A stretch of 63,791 nt of DNA, counting the filler, from Collodictyon triciliatum (taxonomy: Eukaryota): assembly GCA_043381765.1 (NCBI GenBank). It is 17 parts of 17 records of this genome, joined end to end, with 100 filler letters (N's around TTAATTAATTAA, not from the genome) between each part and the next. Parts side by side here need not be neighbours in the genome. Positions count along the whole stretch, not along the records: positions 1 to 3,659 come from JBHJMP010007030.1; positions 3,760 to 7,418 come from JBHJMP010007031.1; positions 7,519 to 11,185 come from JBHJMP010007032.1; positions 11,286 to 14,942 come from JBHJMP010007033.1; 13 more parts are not named here. One strand, 5' to 3'. How positions within the stretch are numbered: the stretch's first letter is position 1; each line of letters begins with the position of its first letter. The position numbers and the translations under genes were made by a program. Shown one piece after another: positions 1 to 11,341 of the stretch. The notes below the pieces were generated by a model. The model did not search any database. It saw only the letters and a program-made list of their open reading frames with translations, and was not told where the DNA came from.

Positions 1-802
1 CTTTCTCTTTTTTCTTTCTTTTTCTTTCTCTTTTTCTTTTTCTTTTTCTTTTTCTTTTTCTTTTTCTTTTTCTTTTTCTTTTTCTTTTTNNNNNNNNNNN
101 NNNNNNNNNNNNNNNNNNNNNNNNNNNNNNNNNNNNNNNNNNNNNNNNNNNNNNNNNNNNNNNNNNNNNNNNNNNNNNNNNNNNNNNNNNNNNNNNNNNN
201 NNNNNNNNNNNNNNNNNNNNNNNNNNNNNNNNNNNNNNNNNNNNNNNNNNNNNNNNNNNNNNNNNNNNNNNNNNNNNNNNNNNNNNNNNNNNNNNNNNNN
301 NNNNNNNNNNNNNNNNNNNNNNNNNNNNNNNNNNNNNNNNNNNNNNNNNNNNNNNNNNNNNNNNNNNNNNNNNNNNNNNNNNNNNNNNNNNNNNNNNNNN
401 NNNNNNNNNNNNNNNNNNNNNNNNNNNNNNNNNNNNNNNNNNNNNNNNNNNNNNNNNNNNNNNNNNNNNNNNNNNNNNNNNNNNNNNNNNNNNNNNNNNN
501 NNNNNNNNNNNNNNNNNNNNNNNNNNNNNNNNNNNNNNNNNNNNNNNNNNNNNNNNNNNNNNNNNNNNNNNNNNNNNNNNNNNNNNNNNNNNNNNNNNNN
601 NNNNNNNNNNNNNNNNNNNNNNNNNNNNNNNNNNNNNNNNNNNNNNNNNNNNNNNNNNNNNNNNNNNNNNNNNNNNNNNNNNNNNNNNNNNNNNNNNNNN
701 NNNNNNNNNNNNNNNNNNNNNNNNNNNNNNNNNNNNNNNNNNNNNNNNNNNNNNNNNNNNNNNNNNNNNNNNNNNNNNNNNNNNNNNNNNNNNNNNNNNN
801 NN

Positions 803-3471
803 AGGCTCTATTATTCAATTTTTATCCCATGAAGGTTGTATTAAAATAACATGCTGATAATTTCCCATCGTGCACTTTTCTTAATGTCATTTATTTCATT
901 CCAATCGCCATTGGAAAATAGGCATTCTCATCATTCACAGCCGCTTGTTGCAAAAAATATGGGGCCGTAGATCCCACGAAGCTCTCTGTCTTTAAGGATA
1001 GAGCATCTGACTTGTCCATGTCCGTCAGAAAGCAAGCTATCTCAAGCCTCACAGAACTTTTTATGTAAATTTCAACTAAAAGCTGCGCATTATGTGTATA
1101 TAGTCCCCCATAAACCATTTATTATATCCCTTTCTAAGATTCTAGAAAACTTGCACCTATTTTAAAGCATAACAAATATAATCATTCAACATGCTTTAGG
1201 CAATATTTTGTCGTAGATGATGTAGTTTCTGCTTATTGGATTGATGCGGTTCTGCCTTTGATCCTTGATTCAGAGTATTCTATGCAAGAGAAATGTGTCG
1301 AACAATTCGACGAAGTTATACTGAAACGGATGGAACAAAAGTAAATAAGCTTCTTTTCAGCTTTCTCATTTCATCTTTTCGAATTCCTAGTTGTGAACAT
1401 ATCAATATTGTTTATCCTTAATGAGTGTATCTAATAAGTCTGCTTGACTCACCAGGGCGATCGACGAGTCTGTTTGGGTGCTTGTCGGCAAAATTAACGA
1501 AGAATCTACCAAATACATTCAGGTTTAATCCTCTCAGTCATATTTCTGGTCATATACTGTATTTATTATATTTTCATTTAAAATTTCTTAAAATGGTATG
1601 TAGAGAATATTACAAGTGTTAAAAAAAGCTGGTAGAAATCTTGATAAATGTATTCGTGCCGCAGTCGACAAGGCTAGTAATTCAGAAAATCGGGTATGTA
1701 TGCAAAATCCTACCCGAGCTGCGATACGTTGAGAGAATTTTTGATTCAATATAAGTCTTATAAACAAAGTCATTCATCATAGGGGTTGTGGAAGTTTTTA
1801 CAGGAACTGTCAGGTTTTTCCCCATAATTTTGAAGGCATATTCTATTTTGGTAAAGAAAACTTTCTGTAATGCTACTAATTATCGTATATACGGGTGTCT
1901 CTCCCCAATCGATCGATACAAACAAATTACTAGGAATATGGGCCAAATTTGATGACATACGTGGAGGTTTGTTGAATATATATATATATAACTCTCGTAT
2001 CAGAATATGCCATTGATAAATCATTCTTTTAAATAAAATTACATATTTATCATTTAGATTCCCTAGCCGGGTTTACTCAGGTTTCTTTTGTGTTTCTTTT
2101 GTGTTTCTTTTGTGTTTCTTTTGTGTTTCTTTTGTGTTTCTTTTGTGTTTCTTTTGTGTTTCTTTTGTGTTTCTTTTGTGTTTGTTTTGTGTTTGTTTTG
2201 TGTTCTTTTGTGTTCTTTTGTGTTCTTTTGTATTTTCGACTTGAATCTCTTTATCGCAATACGCGACTGCTAATAATCATCATAAAAAGATGTTGCTTTC
2301 TGTTATATCAAACTGTTGTGATTCTATAAATGTGCAAAGTGCATCGTCGTTGTCAGGTTCCTGGTTCTTATAAGAGCATGCTATCTAAATATATGAATTA
2401 TGCAAATTGGAGTTTTTTTAAAAAAAGAATATGCTCTGTTTATTTCTGCATTGGATATAACATCTTTAATTAAATTTTGATTGTTCGAAGTGAAATGAAC
2501 GTATTTAATGTAGAGAAATTGGTCAATCGCCTTCTCTGCTGTGATTTTTCTCTGGAACAGCTTGGGGTTATTCAAAGCATGCTTCAAGCACTTAAAAATG
2601 TACCACAAATAGAAAAAAAAATGTTGTTGTTTTTGGATCGACGTCATTCTTCCACTGCTTCTTCATTTGGTGAAATATTTAGTTGAATGGCACTAAGGCA
2701 TCATTATCCGGGACTGAAGGACTGAGAGAATACTGCTCGAAAATGATAAACAGTTTGGTTTAATTTACTCATTACGTTTTGCATCCATAACTCGCTATTC
2801 TGAATTCACACTCCAAGTATATTATCAGATAATGTTGTGGGTTTCTCTTTAATTATTTTGGTTTGGATTCCTTGCTAATAATCTTTTTTTAGCTTGTGAT
2901 GAAGCTCTTTATCTTTACCTTACAAAAACCGACCAGCATCAAGGTTCTTAACCATCAGTCTCATATTTCATAACTATGAATATGCTTTCTGTCATGTAAC
3001 TCTTGGTTTATATCTATAGCATCTGCGGAAAAACTTGCCATAAATCTGTTTGTCTCAGGCGAGATATCGTTGGTAAGAATACATATCTGACACTGTGTGA
3101 ATGCATTATCTATTGGTGTTGGCGTTACATTTTCGTAATTCTACGAATTTGCGCTCACCGGATTCATAATTTTATAGATTTTTCCAACCGCAATTACGAA
3201 GCGGCTTTTGACATTCATCCAATCTTTGAACACTCCATCATTAGAACTGGACTTGACCAGACACGGTAATGTGTTCCTCTGCGTTATGTTTGTCTCTTCA
3301 TTATCGCAACCATGTTTCTGATCTTCGCGATTTGAAAATACGTTTTGCTTTATGTTCCCTCTTTTCCCTTTTTAGGTGAGGATACTACTATGAACGAAAC
3401 TCAACCCATGGCTCACCTCATTCGATTCAATATACCTCCCATCATAAGAGCGCATGCATTGGTTGCCTTAG
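803..3471 (+). CDS. NCAPD3: Condensin II HEAT subunit CAP-D3, multi-exon, partial at both ends
   Basis: Manually translated exons: KLSVFKDRASDLSMSVRKQAISSLTELF (about 980-1063), YWIDAVLPLILDSEYSMQEKCVEQFDEVIL (about 1234-1323) and IPPIIRAHALVALG (about 3432-3471). These match remembered CAP-D3 motifs (DPAVSVRKQALQSLTELL, VMDCESTVQEKALE, PSVIRAHAIITLG). Exons are separated by GT-AG introns. Confidence 0.85.
2081..2230. repeat. 11-bp tandem repeat (GTTTCTTTTGT)n inside the NCAPD3 locus
   Basis: Directly visible; it generates the spurious F/C/V-rich ORFs at 2088-2329. Confidence 0.9.
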
Positions 3472-3703
3472 GTACTTTTTTTTTCTGATAATGAATATAT
3501 GTATATATATATATCCGTTGTCAGTATGATGTTTTCCGTTTTTTTTTTCCCGTTTTTTTCTATTTTCTTTTCTTTTCTTTTCTTTTCTTTTCTTTTCTTT
3601 TCTTTTCTTTTCTTTTCTTTTCTTTTCTTTTCTTTTCTTTTCTTTTCTTTTCTTTTCTTNNNNNNNNNNNNNNNNNNNNNNNNNNNNNNNNNNNNNNNNN
3701 NNN

Positions 3704-3715
3704 TTAATTAATTAA
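3704..3715. other. Artificial contig linker TTAATTAATTAA flanked by N runs (also at about 7463, 11230, 14987, 18743, 22499, 26250, 30008, 33761, 37514, 41265, 45103, 48852, 52600, 56348 and 60092)
   Basis: The identical 12-mer has stops in all six frames, is always embedded in Ns and recurs every 3.75 kb or so. Confidence 0.97.
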
Positions 3716-3759
3716 NNNNNNNNNNNNNNNNNNNNNNNNNNNNNNNNNNNNNNNNNNNN

Positions 3760-6700
3760 CGCTGGATATTTTCATGTCTGCCCTGGGTGAAAATCATCCG
3801 AATGTTGTGGCCTGCTATGAAATGATTGGAGACATCAGCCATGATTTGAAGGAGTATCTCTTTTTATAAATTATTTTTAATATTTAATCGAAAAGAATAA
3901 TGTATTTACTCATATTATCCTAGCTTTAAGGGTGCTCTGGAGGCATATACGAAAAAGCTGGATATTCGCATGAGAACATTGGGCGAAAGACATGCTGATC
4001 ATGCGACTTCACTTGAAAATGTTGGCAGAACAAACTTTGACCTTAAAAGGTAATTTCTCTATTTGTTAAAAAAAATCGAATACATTTATTAATAGTTATG
4101 AAAAAATACATTGAATAATAACTAATATACATGTATTTAGATTGGACCAAGTCGTGGAATACTTCCGGAAGGCAGCTGCTATCAGAAAGGAGACTAAGAC
4201 AATCATATCACTGAAAGACACCCATCAGATTGACAACATTATCCGACTCATGAAGAACGAGAAAGAGCACGAAGCAGTCATTCAGCTTTACAAAACGGCT
4301 GCTGTTAGACATGGTGAAAAGTCATCCTATGAAAACTGGGACTGCTGGGTGGCTTGTGAGAATATAAACAAGACTTACAAGGAACTGAAGCAGCATAACG
4401 AAGCAGTGGCATTCTGGACTGATATGAGAGACAGATTCGCAGATAAACTCGGATGGATTCACTCCAGAACATTAAATTCATGCGAATACTTGTCCGTCCA
4501 TTCAAAGGAGATTGGAATCAACAAAGAGCCTGTCGAGTTTACGAGAGTCAAGGAATTCATCTGTGAAACTCTTGATGATGCAAAGCTGGATGAGGAATGG
4601 AATCGTGAACAAATAATCGCATCATTATTCAGAATTGTCTACATGTCAAAGACTGATGAGAGCAAATCAAAGGCTGCATCTGATGCAATCACACTTTTGA
4701 ATTTCATGAATATTTCGTTTGCTGGAATGGATTTATCAAACATCAAAATTCCACATGCAAATCTCAGTAATTCAACCCTTGATGGTGCAAATTTTGCTGG
4801 TGCCAACTTGGATGGTGCTGACTTCACGAATTCGATGCTTGGTGATTGCATTTTTGATAAAGCAAATATGAATAATTTGAAATTAGGAATTCCTCATAAT
4901 AAATTGGAAGGACATACAAATGATGTCAATAGTGTTTGCAGTATTCAAGGACCGAATGGTGAACATTGGTTGGCTTCTGGAAGTGCTGATAAAACAATAT
5001 GTATTTGGGATGTAGCGACAGGAAACCAAATCAAAACATTAGAAGGTCATACAGATTTTGTCACTAGTGTTTGCAGTATTCAAGGACCGAATGGTGAAAA
5101 GTGGCTGGCTTCTGGAAGTTGGGATAGAACAGTACGTATCTGGGATGTAGCCAAAGGAAACCAATTCAAAACATTAGAAGGTCATACAAATTGGGTCAGG
5201 AGTGTTTGCAGCATTCAAGGACCGAATGGTGAAAATTGGCTGGCTTCTGGAAGTGGTGATAAAACAATAATTATTTGGAATGTAATCACAGGAAATCAAA
5301 TCAATACATTAAAAGGTCATACAGGATGGGTCACTAGTGTTTGCAGTATTCAAGGGCCGAATGGCGAAAACTGGTTGGCTTCTGGAAGTCGTGATAAAGA
5401 TAATACAATACGCATTTGGGATGTAACCACAAGAAATCAAATCAATACATTAAAAGGTCATGAAAGTTTTGTCAGTAGTGTTTGCAGTATTCAAGGACCG
5501 AATGGTGAAAAGTGGTTGGCTTCTGGAAGTGCTGATAATACAATACGTGTTTGGGATGTAGCCACAGGAAACCAAATCAAAATATTAGAAGGTCATATAT
5601 GGGCTGTCAGCAGTGTTTGCAGTATTCAAGGACCGAATGGTGAAAAGTGGTTGGCTTCGGGAAGTCGGGATAATACAATTTGTATTTGGGATGTAGCCAC
5701 AGGAAACCAAATCAAAATATTTGAAGGTCATACAAGTACTGTCATTAGTGTTTGCAGTATTCAAGGACAGAATGGTGAAAATTGGATGGCTTCTGGAAGT
5801 TGTGATAAAACAATACGTATCTGGGATGTAGCCACAGGAAACCAAATCAAAATATTAGAAGGACATACACAATATGTCAATAGTGTTTGCAGTATTCAAG
5901 GACCGAATGGTGAAAATTGGTTGGCTTCTTCTGGAAGTGAAGATAGAACAGTACGTATCTGGGATGTAGCCACAGGAAATCAAATCAAAACATTAGAAGG
6001 TCATACAGAATCTGTCAATAGTATTTGCAATATCCAAGGACCGAATGGTGAAAGTTGGTTGGCCTCAGGAAGTGCTGATAAAACAATACGTATCTGGGAT
6101 GTAGCCACAGGAAACCAAATCAAAATATTAGAAGGTCATACAGATTCTGTCATGAGTGTTTGCAGTATTCAAGGACCGAATGGTGAAAAGTGGCTGGTTT
6201 CTGGAAGTCGTGATAAAACAATACGTATCTGGGATGTAGCCACAGGAAACCAAATCAAAACATTAGAAGGACATGGAGATGCTGTCAGCAGTGTTTGCAG
6301 TATTCAAGGACCGAATGGCGAAAAATGGCTGGCTTCTGGAAGTCTTGATAACACAATACGTATTTGGGATGTATCCACAGGAAACCAAATAAAAATATTA
6401 GAAGGTCATACAAGTTATGTCAATAGTGTTTGCAGTATTCAAGGACCGAATGGTGAAAAGTGGTTGGCTTCTGGAAGTTGTGATAACACAATACGTATTT
6501 GGGATGTAGCCACAAGATACCACATCAAAACATTAGAAGGACATACACGTTATGTCATGATTGTTTGCAGTATTCAAGGGCCTAATGGTGAAAAGTGGCT
6601 GGCTTCGGGAAGTACTGATAAAACAATACGTATTTGGGATATTGCCTCTGGAAACCACATCAAAACATTAAATGGACATACAAGCGATGTCTGGAGTATT

Positions 6701-7418
6701 TGCAGTATTCAAGGGCCGAATGGAGAAAAATGGTTGGCTTCGGGAAGTGCTGATAAAACAATACGTATTTGGGATGTAGCCACAGGAAACCCAATTAAAA
6801 CATTAGAAGGTCATACATATGCTGTCAAAAGTGTTTGCAGTATTCAAGGACCTAATGGTGAAAAGTGGCTGGCTTCTGGAAGTCTTGATAAAACAATACG
6901 TATCTGGGATGCAGCCACAGGAAACCAAATCAAAACATTAAAAGGTCATACAAATTGGGTCTTTAGTGTTTGCAGTATTCAAGGGCCGAATGGTGAAAAG
7001 TGGCTGGCTTCTGGAAGTCGTGATAAAACAATACGTATTTGGGATGTGGCCACAGGAAACCCAATTAAAACATTAGAAGGTCATACATATGCTGTCAAAA
7101 GTGTTTGCAGTATTCAAGGACCGAATGGTGAAAACTGGGTGGTTTCTGGAAGTCGTGATAAAACAATACGTATCTGGGATGTAGCCACAGGAAACCAAAT
7201 CAAAACATTAGAAGGACATGGAGATGCTGTCAAAAGTGTTTGCAGTATTCAAGGACCGAATGGTGAAAATTGGCTGGCTTCTGGAAGTCTTGATAACACA
7301 ATACGTATTTGGGATGTAACCACAGGAAACCAAATAAAAATATTAGAAGGTCATACAAGTTATGTCAATAGTGTTTGCAGTATTCAAGGACCGAATGGTG
7401 AAAAGTGGTTGGCTTCTG
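3760..7418 (+). CDS. TPR + pentapeptide-repeat + WD40 protein with highly conserved internal repeats (NLR/HNWD-like sensor), partial at both ends
   Basis: Upstream exons encode KLC-type TPRs (LGENHPNVVACYEMIG; RTLGERHADHATSLENVG). The main ORF from 4142 has a pentapeptide block (ANLSNSTLDGANFAGANLDGADF) followed by 18 complete and 1 partial 45-aa WD40 repeats. Confidence 0.9.
4904..7418 (+). repeat. Coding tandem array of 135-bp WD40 units
   Basis: GAAGGTCAT occurs at 5042 and 5177 (period 135). The core TGCAGTATTCAAGGACCGAATGGTGAAAA is nearly invariant across units. Confidence 0.95.
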
Positions 7419-7518
7419 NNNNNNNNNNNNNNNNNNNNNNNNNNNNNNNNNNNNNNNNNNNNTTAATTAATTAANNNNNNNNNNNNNNNNNNNNNNNNNN
7501 NNNNNNNNNNNNNNNNNN

Positions 7519-7630
7519 ACATACATACATACATACATACATACATACATACATACATACATACATACATACATACATACATACATACATACATACATAC
7601 ATACATACATACATACATACATACATACAT
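7519..7630. repeat. (ACAT)n microsatellite
   Basis: Directly visible at the contig start. Confidence 0.95.
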
Positions 7631-8797
7631 CTCACACTCACTCTTTTGTGATGCAAAGTAGTGTAGATGTGCTTATAAATGAAGAGGTCAACATATTTGG
7701 CATAAAATATTTGCTCTTGACTAAATCAACTAGAAAAGGAAAAAAAGAAAAAAGAAAAAAAGCAGACTTTTGCATGCATTAATTAGCTAACAAAAAACAA
7801 TTTTAGTAAAGTTTTACTTTATCTCTTTCGCGAAAGATGCCCCGAGTTTCACCACTAGCAAGATAAATTATGTTACACAAAGTTGAGTATCCAAAATACC
7901 TGCCTGAGATTCAAGTTAGGTTTTTCTGAATTTTGCCTTCATACTAAAAATCAAAGATGATCGTAATGAATGAGAGTGGCCATAATCTTGAAGAATTCAT
8001 GTTGGTCTCTCTTAAAAAATCGCTATAAATTTCGATTACTGACAGCAATAATTTGTTACATACTCAAACATAGACAGCAAGATGCAAACGTCAGCAGGAT
8101 TATAATTGAAGGCTTAAATAACAAATACCGCGATTTCCTCACAACCAGATTACCGTTGTTCTGAAACTTGTTTATGTGCCAAAACAATCCTACTATTCTA
8201 TTATTACAAATGATTTAAAATCCAATATACAAATATGCGACTCCAAAACATCACACAACATGAAAAAGCGTTCCAATCAAACCAATGCGCTTATTTGAAA
8301 CGACGCCTATTTAGTAGAGAATGAAATAGATATGAAAAATCATTGTTTAGGGTGATACCCCTTAAATATAGATTTTTGAATACAATTAAATACTCCGAAA
8401 AAGTAGATGCACACATCAAAACTCATGTAATATTTCATATGTTATTTGAAGCATCCATTTTATAAAAAGAAGCTCGAATAAAAAAGTGCACTATCAATAT
8501 ATCCAACAAAAGTATGATAAATAATTGTCGAGCAACAAATTTGATATGGAGAATATGATGGCCAATCACTTACTGAATTTTTCACAATATTAAGATATTT
8601 AAGTGCACGCTTTATCGAAGGTGTACCTGCAAATATTTTCTAAAAACAAGATACAACATTATGAGATGTTTCATTTTTACAGTCCATCAATAGCACAACC
8701 CTTTTTCGTTTTGTGTGTCTATAAACATCAAATTATGATAAAGTGAATATATGCTTATTTTTGGGATTAATTTATAATGAAATAGGAATTTTCCAAG

Positions 8798-11185
8798 ATG
8801 AAAATGAGAATGATATCTATGGCTGCAATAGGTAAGTCATAAATTCATACATTTTTTCAAAGCTGCAGTCGTAAAATTGAAATTTTGACGTAGGAATCGC
8901 AGTTGTGTGGCAAGTTGTATCAGTTCATTGTCAAGTATCCTCAATTTACACAGCTGGAACTGGGCATACAAATGCTGTTTGGGAGGTATCAGCGACAACA
9001 GACGGTTCGAAGATTATTTCTGGAAGTTGGGATAATACAATTAAAGTTTGGAATCTTATGGATGGCACTTTAGTTCGGAATTTTGTTGGGCACACAAGTG
9101 GTATATTTAGTATAGCTTTTGCTCCTGGTGGTTCAAAAATTGCATCTGGAAGTGGTGATAAAACGATTAAAATTTGGAACTTTGCTGATGCTTCTTTGAT
9201 CCGCACCTTAGTTGGTCACTCTGCTGAAGTTTGGAGTGTGGCAGTCTCTCAGAATGGTACAAACATTATATCGGGAAGCAGAGATTGGACATTGAAGATT
9301 TGGAATTTTTCTGATGGGACTTTGATCCGTACACTAACTGGTCACACTAATATTGTTGAAAGTGTCGCTGTGACACCTGATAATTCCAAAATTATTTCAG
9401 GGAGCAGGGATTGGACGATGAAAATTTGGAATCATTTTGATGGAGCTTTGATTCGCACAATAGTTGGTCATTCGAATTGGGTTCGCAGTGTTGCTGTAAC
9501 GCCTGATGGACTCAAAATTGTCTCCGGTAGCTTGGACACAACAATCAAAATATGGCATCTATCCAACGGCACAACAATTCACACGTTAAAGGGACATTTG
9601 GATTCTATATACAGCGTAGCTATTACAACAGATGGTTCCAAAATTGTTTCTGGATCTTGGGATAGAGAAATAAAAGTTTGGAATATTATTGATGGGACTT
9701 TGATTCGCACCATAGTTGGCCATTTAGGTCCTGTGTACAGTGTTGCTGTCACATCTGATGGTACCAAGATTATATCTGGTAGTGGAGATCGATCTGTGAG
9801 ACTATGGAATTTTTCCGATGGAAGTCATATATACTCGAGAGGCTCCTTGATTACAAGCACTGTATCATCAATCACAAAATCGATCATCGTTTCAGCACAT
9901 TCAGACCACACAATTAGACTATGGAATATTACAAATGGATTTATGATTCAATCATGGTCTGGCCATTCCGATACCGTAAATACAGTTACTTTTACTCCTG
10001 ATGGTTTAAAAATCGTATCTGGTAGTGTTGATAAAACAGTTAAAATTTGGAGTGTTGATTATGGACATTTGCTTGAATCTTTCTCACTGCATTCTGAGTC
10101 TATCAATTCAGCTATTATCTCCCTTGATGGTACAAAAATTGTATCAGGAAGTAGTGATAAGACAATTAAAATATCCTCAATTTTGGATGGAAGCTTAATG
10201 CGCTTATTGAACGGACATACAGCCTCAGTTACAAGTGTTGTGATTACTCCTGATAGCTCAAAGATCATTTCTGGAAGTACAGACAAGACAATCATGATAT
10301 GGAACTTAGCAGATGGTTCATTAATTCAACGTCTTAATTTTCATACGGACCCTGTAAATTGTTTGGCTATAACTGTCGATGGAACTCATATTATTTCTGG
10401 AAGTAGTGACAAAACAATCAAGATAGCGAAAATATCAGATGGAAATTTAATTCGCTCGTTGAATGGACACACTGGAATAGTGAAAACTGTAGTAGTCACG
10501 ACTGATGGTTTGAGGGTTATATCTGGTAGTAGTGACAACACAATAAGACTATGGAATTTGTTGGAAGGTGTTACCATTGATATAATAGCGGAACACACAG
10601 CAACGATTAACGGAATATCTGTTCTATCAGATGCTACCAGATTTCTCTCTGTAAGTGATGATACAACTATCAAATTGTGGAATTTTCCTGATTTCAGTTT
10701 GATTTTGACAGCTTCAGGCCACACAAATTCAATAAATAGCATTTTTTTAAGCTCAGATAAAACAAAAATTGTTTCAGGAGGTAGTGACAACTCGATAAGA
10801 ATCTGGAATTATGCTGATGGTTCTCAAGTATTGTCGATAAATTTTCATACGAGTGCTGTGAATAGTGTCATTGTTTCGAGTGATGGAAAGAAAATCGTTT
10901 CAGGAAGCAGTGACAAAACTGTAAAAATGTGGAATTTCTCAGATGGCGTATTATTAAGAACACTAAGTGGCCATACCGCAGCTGTTCGGAGCGTTGCAAT
11001 ATCATTAGATAATTCTGTTATTGTATCAGGAAGTGATGACATGAATATTAACATTTGGAGTGCCTCAAATGGAACTTTAATTCGATCAAATTTTGGGCAT
11101 ACAAAAAGTGTGAATTCTGTTTTTATCATTCCAGATAATACCAAAATTATATCTGGTAGCGCTGATTTTTCTATAAAAATATGGA
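8798..11185 (+). CDS. WD40-repeat protein with predicted N-terminal signal peptide; exon 1 8798-8831, exon 2 from 8894; 3' partial
   Basis: The GTAAGT...TAG intron at 8832-8893 joins MKMRMISMAAI in frame to GIAVVWQVVSVHCQVSS. About 17-18 GH...WN-type 42-aa repeats follow. Confidence 0.85.
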
Positions 11186-11341
11186 NNNNNNNNNNNNNNN
11201 NNNNNNNNNNNNNNNNNNNNNNNNNNNNNTTAATTAATTAANNNNNNNNNNNNNNNNNNNNNNNNNNNNNNNNNNNNNNNNNNNNCCTTCTTTTTTTTTT
11301 TTGATTTTCACATTTCCTTCAATTTTAATGAGTTATTTTAG

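Noticed and set aside
8946-11144. Antisense ORFs over the WD40 and LRR genes
   Set aside because: They are shadow frames of repetitive coding sequence.
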